A stretch of DNA of 64,000 bases. Origin: Mustelus asterias (taxonomy: Eukaryota). Positions 24,021-35,132 of this stretch are shown in pieces. Below the pieces are notes generated by a model. That model did not search any database and had not been told where the DNA came from. It saw only the letters and a list, made by a program, of their open reading frames with translations. The position numbers were made by a program, and so were the translations under genes. Location of the stretch: the NCBI RefSeq assembly GCF_964213995.1, contig NW_027590388.1, forward strand, positions 186,001 through 250,000, in the 5' to 3' direction. Each line of letters opens with the position of its first letter. Within the stretch, counting starts at the first letter, position 1.

Positions 24021-24966
24021 CACTCATCTTTGTGACATTCTGAATGTTTCTCTCCTAAGGTTTTAAGATTTGATCTTTTCGGTTATAATGTGTCTCAAAC
24101 AGAAGATTAAAATATTGGGTTTGATGAGCTGTCAGATCTCTTTCCTGTGTGTCTGTGTAACTTGAGAACTGGAGATAACCATGAGGAGGAACTGATTATT
24201 TTCAGTTCCTCTAACAGATACACCTCAGATATCAGAAATCTCAGGAGTTCCCCATGTCCTCAATATTCTCGCCTCGAGTATAACAGCTCTCAGTCAGGCC
24301 GAGTCAGTCACATGTGTCTCTGTCATGATGTTTCCACTTGTATTTTATCACTCACCTCCCAGTGACACTCACCACAACACAGACGCCTTAAAATATCATT
24401 GCTCCCTTACACTTTGTCCTCCTATTATAATCAAATGTTTGTTGGGCCTCTTGTCTCCATTAATGTCAGATTACCTGCAGTTAAAATGACCTCAGAGACA
24501 CTGAAACTGCAGTTGTAGAATACAGCAGAATTGGAATAACAGACAGGTTATTGTCTGATACTGACAGTGGCAGAGCAACACACATCGGAATTTAAATACA
24601 TTATATCAATAGACCATGACTCACTCACACTATCAAATGAAACCGAAACTTTGGTTATGGCGCACGAGATACTGACTGTATTACCATTACATTGGATCCA
24701 ATGCTGTGTTCGCTAACATACTGCAACGTGACTCTTATTATTTGAACAAACATTGTATTTGTTACACTCAGAGTAAGTCAGTGCTTTGCTGTGTTGTCTC
24801 TGTGCCCCATCTCCACTCTGATTGTATTGGAGCCTGTGTGTGTCATTGTTACACTGAGACTCTGTTATTGCTAATGTGGAGATGCCGGCGTTGGACTGGG
24901 GTAAGCACAGTAAGAAGTTTAACAACACCAGGTGAAAGTCCAACAGGTTTATTTGGTAGAAAAAGC

Positions 24967-25003
24967 CACAAGCTTTCGGAGCCTTAAGCTCCTTCTTCAG
25001 GTG
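24967..25003 (-). ncRNA. minimal type I hammerhead ribozyme (Penelope pLTR)
   Basis: cac-CTGAAGA-aggagcttaaggctcc-GAAA-gcTT-gtg. Confidence 0.8.
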
Positions 25004-26195
25004 AGTGGGAATTCTGTTCACAAACAGGGCATATAAAGACACAAACTCAATTTACAGAATAGTGGTTGGAATGCGAATACTTACAGCTAATCAAGTCTTA
25101 AAGGTACAAACAATGCGAGTGGAGAGAGCATCAAGACAGGCTAAAGAGATGTGTATTGTCTCCAGACAGGACAGCCAGTGAGACTCTGCAAGTCCAGGCA
25201 AGCTGTGGGGAGTACAGATAGTGTGACATGAACCCAATATCCTGGTTGAGGCCGTCCTCGCGTGCGGAACTTGGCTATCAGTTTCTGCTCATCGACTCTG
25301 CGCTGTCGTGTGTCGTGAAGGCAGCCTTGGAGAACGCTTACCCGAAGATCAGAGGCTGAATGCCCGTGACCGCTCAAGTGCTCCCCAACAGGAAGAGAAC
25401 AGTTTTGCCTGGTGATTGTCGAGCGGTGTTCATCCATCCGTTGTCGCAGTGTCTGCATGGTTTCCCCAATGTACCATGCCTCGGGACATCCTTTCTTGCA
25501 GTGTATCAGGTAGACAACGTTGGCCGAGTTGCAAGAGTATGTACCGTGTACCTGGTGGATGGTGTTCTCACGTGAGATGATGGCATCTGTGTCGATGATC
25601 CGGCATGTCTTGCAGAGGTTGCTGTGGCAGGGTTGTGTGGTGTCGTGGTCACTGTTCTCCTGAAGGCTGGGTAGTTTGCTGCGGACAATGGCCTGTTTGA
25701 GGTTGTGCGGTTGTTTGAAGGCAAGAAGTGGGGGTGTGAGGATGGCCTTGGTGAGATGTTCGTCTTCATCAATGACATGTTGATGGCTCCGGAGAAGATG
25801 CCGTAGCTTCTCCGCTCCGGGGAAGTACTGGACGATGAAGGGTACTCTGTCCACCTTGTCCCGTGTTTGTCTTCTGAGGAGGTCGGTGCGGTTTTTCGCT
25901 GTGGCGCGTCGGAACTGTCGATCGATGAGTTGAGCGCTATATCCTGTTCTTATGAGGGCATCTTTCAGCATCTGGAGGGGTCTGTTGCGATCCTCCTCAT
26001 CCGAGCAGATCCTGTGTATACGGAGGGCTTGTCCGTAGGGGATGGCTTCTTTAACGTGTTTAGAGTGGAAGCTCTCCACTCACATTGTTTGTACCTTTAA
26101 GACTTGATTAGCTGCAAGGATTCGCATTCCAACCATTATTCATGTAAATTGAGTCTGTGTCTTTATAAGCCCTGTTTGTAAACAGAATTCCCACT

Positions 26196-26232
26196 CACCT
26201 GAAGAAGGGGCTTGAGGCTCCGAAAGCTTGTG
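26196..26232 (+). ncRNA. minimal type I hammerhead ribozyme (inverted pLTR)
   Basis: cac-CTGAAGA-aggggcttgaggctcc-GAAA-gcTT-gtg. Confidence 0.75.
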
Positions 26233-26309
26233 TGACGTTTGCTCCCAAATAAACCTGTTGGACTTTAACCTGGTGTTGTTAAACTTCTTCCTGTTATTAT
26301 TGGACAAGC

Positions 26310-26730
26310 AGCAAATCACCGTCACAATGCCCGGCTGATTGACGGCAGCGCGGACCAATGGGAAGAGGGGACAGTGCTGGAGGACCGACATGGAGCGGTC
26401 GGTCCTCCAACCAATGGGAGCGAAAGAGGGGCGGGGCCAGCTTTGACTGGAGCATGCGCAGTGTGAGTAATGGCGATGGGAAACGGCTTTTGTTCTGGGC
26501 TCGGAAATCTGTTAGAGGTGATTGGAGGTACGGAGAGAGCAATGGATCGTCCAGGTGGGTGGAAACGCTGCGTAAGCATGTTGTGTCAGCCGCAAACCGC
26601 GGAAGAGAACTTCTCGGACCCAGTTTGTACCGAGCAGGGCTGCAGCTCCTCATGTTCGTCCCGGGTTAACGTTCGCCATCTTTATTGGGGGCAATATGCA
26701 GCAGTGTGCACGTGCGGCCGCCATGTTTGT
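26310..26730. promoter_or_regulatory. orphan inverted copy of the ZNF CpG-island promoter
   Basis: reverse-complement homology to 18770-19090; CCAAT x2, GGGGCGGGG, GCATGCGC, YY1-type CGCCATCTT and CCGCCATGTT. Confidence 0.7.
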
Positions 26731-27087
26731 AGAGGGCAATGTTGTCAATCAGTGGGAGGGGCTTGTTCCCCAGTGTTCAGAATGGAGACAACTTGTCCAT
26801 CAAACTGCATCAACCCTGAGTCCCAATGTCTTATTGATGAGGCAGAGCGGTAGCAGAGAAGGAAAAAGAAAGGAAAATAAAAACAGTAAATGCTGGAAAA
26901 TCTCAGCAGATCTGACAGCATCTGTGGAGAGAGAATACAACCAACGTTTTGAGACTGGATGACCCATAGACAGAGCTTGTACACGTGTAAACAGAGCATG
27001 TAAACTTTGACACCTCCACGTACCCTTGTACACCTCTATCAATCTACTTTGCTCCAAGGAGAACAACCCCAAGTTATCCAGCCTAAC

Positions 27088-30000
27088 TGATGCGCGTCAA
27101 TGAGCACATGGAATCAAGGCTTTAGTATTGAAGGCTTTAATACAGTAACAATGAAACTACTAACACGAATACACCAGTTCAGACTGAAGGGGTCCTGCCG
27201 GAGCAGGGGGTCTTATACCCTGCCACCGGAGGCGGGACCCCACTGGAATGTGCCATGGTAACACTTATAACAGGTAAACACCCTAACCCAACAACATAGT
27301 ACAACCCCCACAGTAATAACACCCTAGCCCAACAGTAACATGGTAACAAACCCCAGTGGTGAACCAACGATGGTTCACCACATTCACCCCTCCTTTAAGA
27401 CAAAAGGTGGCGGGGTGGACGAAAACAGACAATAACAAAAAAAAATCACAGGATTCACAAGTCCAGACGGTCTGGAGGACCGCACCGACGCTGCGATCTC
27501 CTCAACACCGGTTGCGAAACCGGATCAGGTGCTTGTAGTGGTTCTCTCCAAGTAACGTGTGGCTGTCCCTTCAAGGACTCCCGGGCCGGCCGGCCCTGGT
27601 GAGGCGATGGTGCAGGGGATCCTGGAACGTTTGGTGGTAGTGGTGGTGGTGGTGATGATGGTGGCGCCGATCTCCGAGTCTCAGGCAAGCTGTACATGGG
27701 AGTAAAAGTGTTATGCACTGGTCCCGGTGCTGACCGCGCCACGTCTGGGGAAGTAATGAGGAGTAGTGGATTTGTGACTGGGGGAATAGGAGCGACAGGG
27801 GTTGCTACGTCCCCTGCGGGCGCCAGGTCTCTAATGGAGACAGTGTCCTCTCGCCCGTCAGGATATGCCACATAGGCATACTGAGGGTTGGCGTGGAGGA
27901 GTTGGACCGGTTCGACCAAGGGGTCGGACTTGCGAGCCCTCACATGGCGCCGCAGAAGGACGGGTCCTGGGTACGTCAACCAGGCTGGCAATGAGGTCCC
28001 CGAGGACGACTTCCGAGGGAATGAGAACATCCTCTCGTGGGGAGTAGCATTGGTTGCCGTACACAGGAGGGAGCGGATAGAATGGAGCGCATTTGGAAGG
28101 ACCTCCTGCCAACGGGAGACTGGAAGGCCCCTGGATTTCAATGCCAGTAGGACAGCCTTCCAGACTGTAGCATTCTCCCTTTCCACCTGTCCGTTACCCC
28201 TAGGGTTGTAGCTCGTGGTTCTACTAGAGGCAATCCCGAATGAGAGCAGGAATTGCCTCAAGTCGTTGCTCATGAACGACGAGCCCCTGTCGCTATGAAT
28301 ATAGCAGGGGTACCCGAACAGGGTAAAAAGTTCACTGAAAACCTTGATGACGGTGGCAGTTGACGTGTCCGCACAGGGGAAAACAAACGGAAACCGGGAA
28401 TATTCGTCTATTATATTGAGAAAATAGACATTCCGGTCCGTTGAGGGAAGGGGGCCCTTAAAATCCACACTCAGCCTCTCAAAAGGGCGAGTGGCCTTGA
28501 CCAAATGTGCCCGGTCTGGTCGATAAAAGTGTGGTTTGCATTCTGCGCAAATCCGACAGCTTCTAGTTACTGACCTGACCTCCTCCACCGAGTAGGGCAG
28601 GTTGCGGGCTTTGATGAAGTGGTAGAGTCTGGTGACTCCAGGATGACACAGATCATTGTGGAGAGCCTTCAAGCGGTCCTCCTGCATGATGGCGCATGTT
28701 CCGCGCGAGAGGGCATCCGAGGGCTCATTGAGCTTCCCTGGACGATACATAATATCGTAATTATAGGTGGAGAGCTCAATTCTCCACCGCAAGATCTTAT
28801 CGTTCTTGATCTTGCCCCTCTGCGTGTTATTGAACATAAACGCCACGGATCGTTGATCCGTGATCAGGGTGAACCGCTTACCTGCCAGGTAATGGCGCCA
28901 GTGTCTGACTGCCTCCACAATGGCCTGAGCCTCCTTTTCCACCGCTGAGTGCCGAATCTCTGGGCCTTGAAGGGTGCGGGAAAAAAACGCGACGGGCCTG
29001 CCTGCCTGGTTTAGTGTGGCGGCTAGGGCGAAGTCAGATGCATCACTCTCCACCTGGAAAGGGATGGATTCATCCACCGCGTGCATCGTGGCTTTCGAGA
29101 TGTCACTTTTCAAAACCTTGAAGGCCAATTGGGCCTCCGGCGTAAGTGGGAAGGTCGTGGACTTAATGAGCGGACGAGCTTTGTCCGCGTAGTTGGGGAC
29201 CCACTGTGCATAATACGAAAAGAACCCGAGGCATCTCCTCAGTGCTTTCGTGCTAGCGGGCAAGGGAAGTTCAGTGAGTGGGCGCATACGGTCTGGATCA
29301 GGGCCAATGACCCCGTTTTCCACCACGTATCCGAGGATGGCTAACTTACGCGTACGGAATACGCACTTCTCCCTGTTATAGGTCAGATTCAGGCGAGATG
29401 CAGCGCGCAGAAAGTGTTGGAGATTCGTGTCGTGGTCCTGCTGGTCATGGCCGCAGATGGTGACGTTATCCAGGTACGGGAAGGTAGCCCGCAACCCATT
29501 CTGGTCCACCATTCGGTCCATAGCACGCTGGAAGACCGAGACCCCATTGGTGACACCAAATGGAACCCTGAGGAATTGGTATAGACGACCATCCGCCTCA
29601 AAGGCCGTATATTGTCGGTCCTCTGGGCGGATGGGGAGTTGATGGTAGGCGGACTTAAGGTCTATGGTAGAAAACACTCGGTACTGCGCAATCTGATTGA
29701 CCATATCAGAAATGCGCGGGAGAGGATACGCATCCAGCTGCGTGTATCTATTAATGGTCTGACTATAGTCGATGACCATCCGAGGTTTGTTCCCGCTTTT
29801 GACTACCACGACCTGCGCTCTCCACGGACTAGCACTGGCCTGTATGATCCCTTCCTTGAGGAGCCGCTGAACCTCAGATCTAATAAAGATCCGGTCCTCA
29901 GCGCTGTAACGCCTACTTTTAGTAGCGATGGGCTTGCAGCCAGGTACCAGATTTTTAAAAAGGGATGGTGTCGTGATCTTCAGGATGGATAGATTGCACG

Positions 30001-31768
30001 CGGGGCGCTTTGGGCAATTTGGAGGCTGCGGCTGGTTCCCTACTGCCAGTGAAGGGAGTGGCCCACCGTACTGTAGGATCACACTCTTCATGTGGACCAT
30101 AAAGTTTAGTCCGAGGATAATTGGCGCGCAAAGGTGAGGTAGCACAAGGAGCCTGAATTGCTCGTAAACTGTGCCCTGTACCTCAAGAGTTACCATACAT
30201 CGTCCTTGGATCGGTACAGACCGGGACTGTGATGCCATGGAAATTGTCTGTTTGGCAGGGAGAATCCGGAGTCCACACCTTTTAGCAGTTTCAGGGTGTA
30301 TGAAACTTTCGGTGCTCCCACTGTCAAACAGACAATTCACAGTTCTGCCACTAACCTTTACCTCCATCATAGAATGTTCCAGTCTGTAATGCCTGGTCTG
30401 GTCCAGAGAGATCGACGCCACCGTTGGCCCCTGGGCGTCACTGCATGCTGCCGATGTGGATGCTGAGGACCCCTGCTGGTCGCTCCTAGTCGTCGTGGAC
30501 CATGATGGCCGCCCCCATGAATCGCACGTGGGCGAGGGCGCCAAGCGCAGCGACTCCTGGTGGTCTTCCTCCTCCTCTGTTTGCCACGATGGCGCCGTCC
30601 TGAGATCGCACGTGGTCGGACCTCGTGGGTACTGCAACGCCGAAAGAGATGGTCTCCGTTCTGGAGGGTTACAAACTGCACTGCCGTTTTTAGGTCTGGA
30701 CCTACAGACTTTGCCGTAGTGGCCTTTTTTACCGCACTGGCTGCAGATTGCCGTTCTTGCCGGACACTGTTTCCGTGGATGCTTGGCCCCACCGCAAAAA
30801 TAGCATCGCTGGCCACCTGGAGCTGCCGCCGTCGTCGAATCGATCTGGGAGCGCGGGTTCGCGGGGCGAGGAGGGAGCAGAGCTTGCTCCAACCACGTTG
30901 ACTGCACGTGGTCCTCGGGGTACAGCGCCAAGCTCTTCGACGCCGCCTCCAACCTCGCGGCCATCCCCATTGCCTGGGTCAAGTTGAGTTTCCCCTTTTC
31001 TAGTAATTTAAGCCTGATGTACGAGGACCCTACCCCTGCTACGAACGCGTCTCGGGCGAGGTCGTACATGTACTGCTCGGCGGAGACGTCCTTACAGTCG
31101 CAACCCCTGGCAAGCTGCAGGAGCTCATTGGCATAATCCTCTATGGTTTCGCCTGACTGCCGACGTCGTGTAGCGAGGAGGTAACGAGCATGTATCTCGT
31201 TGGGTGGCGTAATGTACCTATTCTTTAGGAGCTCGACGGCACCCTGGTAAGTGGGAGCTGCACGAATGGCTAGGTAAATCGTGTCGCTTACCCTCGCGTG
31301 GAGGACCTGGAGTCTATCACTGTCCGTAGTGATAGCTACCGAGGCTGCCAGGTAGTCCTCAAAGCACTTCCACCAATGGTCGAATGTGTTAGCTGCACCG
31401 ACCGCACGTGGGTCCAGTGTCAGACGATCCGGTTTTAGAATCTGTTCCATACTCTCTGTTTACTGTATTAAATTGATGCGCGTCAATGAGCACATGGAAT
31501 CAAGGCTTTAGTATTGAAGGCTTTAATACAGTAACAATGAAACTACTAACACGAATACACCAGTTCAGACTGAAGGGGTCCTGCCGGAGCAGGGGGTCTT
31601 ATACCCTGCCACCGGAGGCGGGACCCCACTGGAATGTGCCATGGTAACACTTATAACAGGTAAACACCCTAACCCAACAACATAGTACAACCCCCACAGT
31701 AATAACACCCTAGCCCAACAGTAACATGGTAACAAACCCCAGTGGTGAACCAACGATGGTTCACCACA
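27088..31768 (-). mobile_element. intact Ty3/Gypsy LTR retrotransposon (4681 bp), inserted in an old CR1 fragment
   Basis: 295-bp LTRs 27088-27382 and 31474-31768, TG...CA, no difference seen by eye; 5-bp TSD ctaac; PPT at 27383-27396. Confidence 0.97.
27455..31450 (-). CDS. single-ORF Gag-Pol polyprotein, 1331 aa
   Basis: two CCHC knuckles, protease LFDSGS, RT (LRVPFG, YLDN), RNase H (SDAS, TDQ), integrase (HHCC, DFKG/SDRG/NGQVER); PR-RT-RH-IN order. Confidence 0.96.
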   Translation of the reverse strand: MEQILKPDRLTLDPRAVGAANTFDHWWKCFEDYLAASVAITTDSDRLQVLHARVSDTIYLAIRAAPTYQGAVELLKNRYITPPNEIHARYLLATRRRQSGETIEDYANELLQLARGCDCKDVSAEQYMYDLARDAFVAGVGSSYIRLKLLEKGKLNLTQAMGMAARLEAASKSLALYPEDHVQSTWLEQALLPPRPANPRSQIDSTTAAAPGGQRCYFCGGAKHPRKQCPARTAICSQCGKKGHYGKVCRSRPKNGSAVCNPPERRPSLSALQYPRGPTTCDLRTAPSWQTEEEEDHQESLRLAPSPTCDSWGRPSWSTTTRSDQQGSSASTSAACSDAQGPTVASISLDQTRHYRLEHSMMEVKVSGRTVNCLFDSGSTESFIHPETAKRCGLRILPAKQTISMASQSRSVPIQGRCMVTLEVQGTVYEQFRLLVLPHLCAPIILGLNFMVHMKSVILQYGGPLPSLAVGNQPQPPNCPKRPACNLSILKITTPSLFKNLVPGCKPIATKSRRYSAEDRIFIRSEVQRLLKEGIIQASASPWRAQVVVVKSGNKPRMVIDYSQTINRYTQLDAYPLPRISDMVNQIAQYRVFSTIDLKSAYHQLPIRPEDRQYTAFEADGRLYQFLRVPFGVTNGVSVFQRAMDRMVDQNGLRATFPYLDNVTICGHDQQDHDTNLQHFLRAASRLNLTYNREKCVFRTRKLAILGYVVENGVIGPDPDRMRPLTELPLPASTKALRRCLGFFSYYAQWVPNYADKARPLIKSTTFPLTPEAQLAFKVLKSDISKATMHAVDESIPFQVESDASDFALAATLNQAGRPVAFFSRTLQGPEIRHSAVEKEAQAIVEAVRHWRHYLAGKRFTLITDQRSVAFMFNNTQRGKIKNDKILRWRIELSTYNYDIMYRPGKLNEPSDALSRGTCAIMQEDRLKALHNDLCHPGVTRLYHFIKARNLPYSVEEVRSVTRSCRICAECKPHFYRPDRAHLVKATRPFERLSVDFKGPLPSTDRNVYFLNIIDEYSRFPFVFPCADTSTATVIKVFSELFTLFGYPCYIHSDRGSSFMSNDLRQFLLSFGIASSRTTSYNPRGNGQVERENATVWKAVLLALKSRGLPVSRWQEVLPNALHSIRSLLCTATNATPHERMFSFPRKSSSGTSLPAWLTYPGPVLLRRHVRARKSDPLVEPVQLLHANPQYAYVAYPDGREDTVSIRDLAPAGDVATPVAPIPPVTNPLLLITSPDVARSAPGPVHNTFTPMYSLPETRRSAPPSSPPPPLPPNVPGSPAPSPHQGRPARESLKGQPHVTWREPLQAPDPVSQPVLRRSQRRCGPPDRLDL

Positions 31769-32089
31769 CTAACATTGTAACTATAATTCCTCATCCCTGA
31801 AACCATTTTGATAAATCTCCTCTGCACCCTGTCAAGGAGCCTCACATCCCCCATAATGTGTGTGGTGATCACTGGTTTGCACAGACCCAGGTATTCTGTG
31901 TTCCTGTCTGTGATCTCATTACATACTTAAAATTGCACAGTGACATCACCCCCGCTCCCCGGGGATTTCCTCAACTGGGAGATTTTTCTCTGATGCCAAT
32001 GCTTCTGATATCTTTCCAGCTGCAGGCTCCAGCAGGAGATTTTAATATTAAAATCAGTTAAATTGTTTCAGAGGTGAGTGTTTGTGACC

Positions 32090-33768
32090 ATTCACGGGCA
32101 CGAGTTCTCGTCATAAACCAGTTGCTCGCCTCCATGCTGTGGTACCGGCTGGTCCCTTTGACCCCTCCCCCTGGCTTTGTTGCCAGTACAGTAAGAAGTC
32201 TCACAACACCAGGTTAAAGTCCAACAGGTTTATTTGGTAGCATGTTGCCAATATCCAGAGAACCCTCCTGCGGTTCTTCTGGGACAATCGACTGCACTGG
32301 GTCCCTGCCGTGGTTCTGCATCTACCGCTTGAGGAGGGCGAACAAGGTCTGGTGTGCCTCCGCATTCAGATAGCGACCTTCCGCCTCCAGGCCCTGCAGA
32401 GGTACCTTTACGTTGAGCCCCCTCCACAGTGGTGTGCCATGGCGACGTATTTCTTCCGCCAGTGGCACGGCCTGAGTTATGACTTGCAGCCCCTGCATAT
32501 CGAACTGGGGCGTGCTTCGACCACCCTGCAGGAGTTGCCCGTCTTTTACCAGGACCTCCTCACTGTCTGGAACAAGGTCGCCTCGCGACGCAGCTCTCCC
32601 CCGTCAGGAGTAGCGGCTCTCGTGCGAGAGCCGCTGCTCAGGAATCCGCTCCTCCAGCCGTATGACTTCAGGTGGCTGGCGGAGAGGGGGGCTGTGGACG
32701 CCGGGGTGACCAGAATCGGGGACGTGCTCGATGGCGGAGGAGCGGGCTGGATGAGTCCCCGCGTGCTGGCTGAGCGCGTTGGGACATCCGTCTGGCGCGC
32801 GGCCAAAGCCATCCTAGACCTTAGGACGGTCGTGCTCGGCCCCGAAACTGCACGCAAACTCGAGACGGCGCAGGCGTGCGGTGGGATCCCGCCCGAGCGT
32901 TCCCCTGTTCGGGCGGAATTCCACATTGGCCCAAAGCCTCAGCCCCCTCCCCTGGGTGAGGTGCCCCACAGCCTGAGCCGCCTCACGGAAATGTCCTCCG
33001 TGCCTTTTTCTACCGCGCGGAGGTGTTTCCTGTGCGGGCTGCTGCTGCACACCTTCCACTACCGCGTCCTCACCTGTCGCCCGGATACACCTTGGCGGGC
33101 CTTGTTGCCGCCGGGCGGCGGAGGTCCCTCTACGGAGGGATCTCCCCCAATTACGTCGGGGACCTGGGGTGGAGAGTGATGCATGCAGCAGTGCCGCACA
33201 ACCGTAGGATTCACTGGTTCACGGGCTCCGAAGACTGCCCTTTCTGTGGCCTTGTGGAGTCCGTGGACCATGTCTTTCTTTTGTGTCTTAGGTTGCACTC
33301 CCTTTTTGTTTTCCGAAAGAACCGTTTATTAATGTTTTGCTTGCACTTCAGTCCCACGCTCCTGATCTACGGACACCCGGTGCGGAGAGGGGAGGGTCGG
33401 GATGGCGACCTCCTCGTGAACCTGCTCCTGGCGAAACGCGCCATTTACCGGTCCAGGCAGCGGGCGATCGAGGGGGCCGTCCATCCTGACTGTCTTCCCC
33501 TCTACCGCGGCTACGTTCGCGGCCAGCTGTCCCTGGAGAGGGAGCATGCGGTGTCCATGGGCGCGGTTGACGCCTTCCGCGCCCGCTGGGCACCGCAGGG
33601 GTTGGGGTGCATTACTGACCCTAATAACCACATTTTAATTTGATGTTTTTAAGTTTCCTTTGTACTTTGATTTCTGTTCGGGCTGTTCCCCCTCCTTTTG
33701 GGGAGCTGCCCCTTTTACTTTGTCCTGATTTAACTTGAGTTTGTTTCTTTGGTTTGACCTAAAAAGAG
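32090..33768 (+). mobile_element. Tx1-like (L1 clade) LINE 3' fragment, frameshifted
   Basis: LVINQLLASMLWYRL, LHLPLEEGEQGL, zf-RVT CPFC...ESVDHVFLLC; T-rich 3' UTR ending aaaaagag. Confidence 0.85.
32189..32242 (-). mobile_element. 54-bp Penelope terminal fragment nested in Tx1
   Basis: 11-bp TSD tgttgccaRta (1 mismatch). Confidence 0.85.
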
Positions 33769-33983
33769 GCCAACATCTGTGAGTAAAAGACTTCCTTTTC
33801 TCCCCTTTCCATTTCTTTTCTCATTCTGAGGGAAATTGGGAATTTGCAGCAACTGAAGGGAAAGGAAGTGAATCCAGTCTGTACATTCCACACATTGTTC
33901 GTCCTGTCACATCGACATATATCTGTCTGGCAGCCTGAATGGAGATTTTCAGCTCTCTGTGTCCAGGACAGGAAGCAGTGAGC

Positions 33984-34032
33984 ATGGATCTGTCAATCAG
34001 CCTCAATCAGCACCTTCAGGAGAATTGGGAGG
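33984..34032 (+). other. 5' exon of ZNF gene 4 with uORF MDLSISLNQHLQENWE
   Basis: identical to 789-837; donor GTGAAT; acceptor at 34859/34860. Confidence 0.6.
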
Positions 34033-34107
34033 GTGAATATTAGATACAGCAGAGTGAGAATGGAGGGAGAGTGTGTGGGATGGAGATTCACAGCTTTTGG
34101 GGAATTA

Positions 34108-34766
34108 TGTCATACCTTGAATGATACCTTGAAAAAAAATTTTTTTTAAATCATGCCGCTTATAGCTTGAGCAATGTCATTACGGGGTGGAGCTAAGCTG
34201 TGGCAGTCAGGTGATGGGGCTTTCAGATTCGTTTGTGGCAGTCAGGTGATCGGAGTTTTTTCCTTTCGGCTTTTAGTTTCGTTTTGGAAAGCAGTTTCGC
34301 AGCAAGCTAAGAAGCAGTCTCTTTGTCTGTATTTTCTCTTTGTTTGGTTCTGCCTTAAAGAAACTGTGTTTTAGGGGAACAGATTCGACTACAATCACTT
34401 CTGAGTTTCTTCCCAAGGGATTTTCAGCATTCAACCCAGGATGCTGGATACCTGTAACAAGTGGGCATTAACCTATGCTGTAGTGTGCTTATTAGGAGTG
34501 TTTTGTGTATTGGATGTTGGCTTTGGTTAGAACACGTTAGAGATATTCCTTAAGCGTTGTACCTTATCGTGGTTGTTGTGTTTCTTGTTTGCAATTACTA
34601 AAAGTTCTCGCTAATTGTCTTGCTGTGCATGTCAACAATATTCTTAATTAAACTTTGTTTTCGATAAAAGCTCCTCAAGGGTCAGTTGAATCACACCTGG
34701 AGTAAAATGTTACAGGTCAGGCGAGCTTCATAGAACACCTCGAAGTATCCGACCTGACTTTCAACA
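34108..34766 (+). mobile_element. solo LTR-like insertion in ZNF gene 4 intron
   Basis: TGT...ACA ends; absent from paralogous intron (~910); 4-bp TSD atta/atga. Confidence 0.7.
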
Positions 34767-35132
34767 ATGAAAAAAGAATTTTCCATAGAAACTAAAATAG
34801 TCTGTTCTGAATTTCTCTCCTGCACCGACAATGATGACTTTTGTAAATTCCTTTTACAGGATATCAGAGGGTGAGGATTTACAGATAGAAATCTCAAACT
34901 TCTCCTGAAGATCACCTGAAGATCTGACAGTCACTCAATTCACTGGGACATGTATATAATCGACCTTTGAATCCAAAAGTAGAAAACTTCTCTGTTCTGT
35001 CTGCTTCAGAAGATTTTAAACATCAGTGTGACCAGAAAAGCACCGAGACACACTCACACCGGAGTGAGAGTGTTCCAGTGCACTGAGTGTGGAAAGAGCT
35101 TTAACCAGGAGAGTCACAAGGACACCCGCACC

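Larger units (their letters stand above)
24874..26290 (-). mobile_element. Penelope-like retroelement, 5'-truncated with inverted pLTR
   Basis: ORF 25141-26079 with RT thumb and GIY-YIG nuclease (NVVYLIHC...WYIGET); pLTR 24874-25240; inverted pLTR 26073-26290; partial TSD ctgttatt. Confidence 0.93.

Noticed and set aside
27858-30987. Antisense and overlapping ORFs within the Gypsy element
   Set aside because: Short shadow ORFs of a GC-rich coding region
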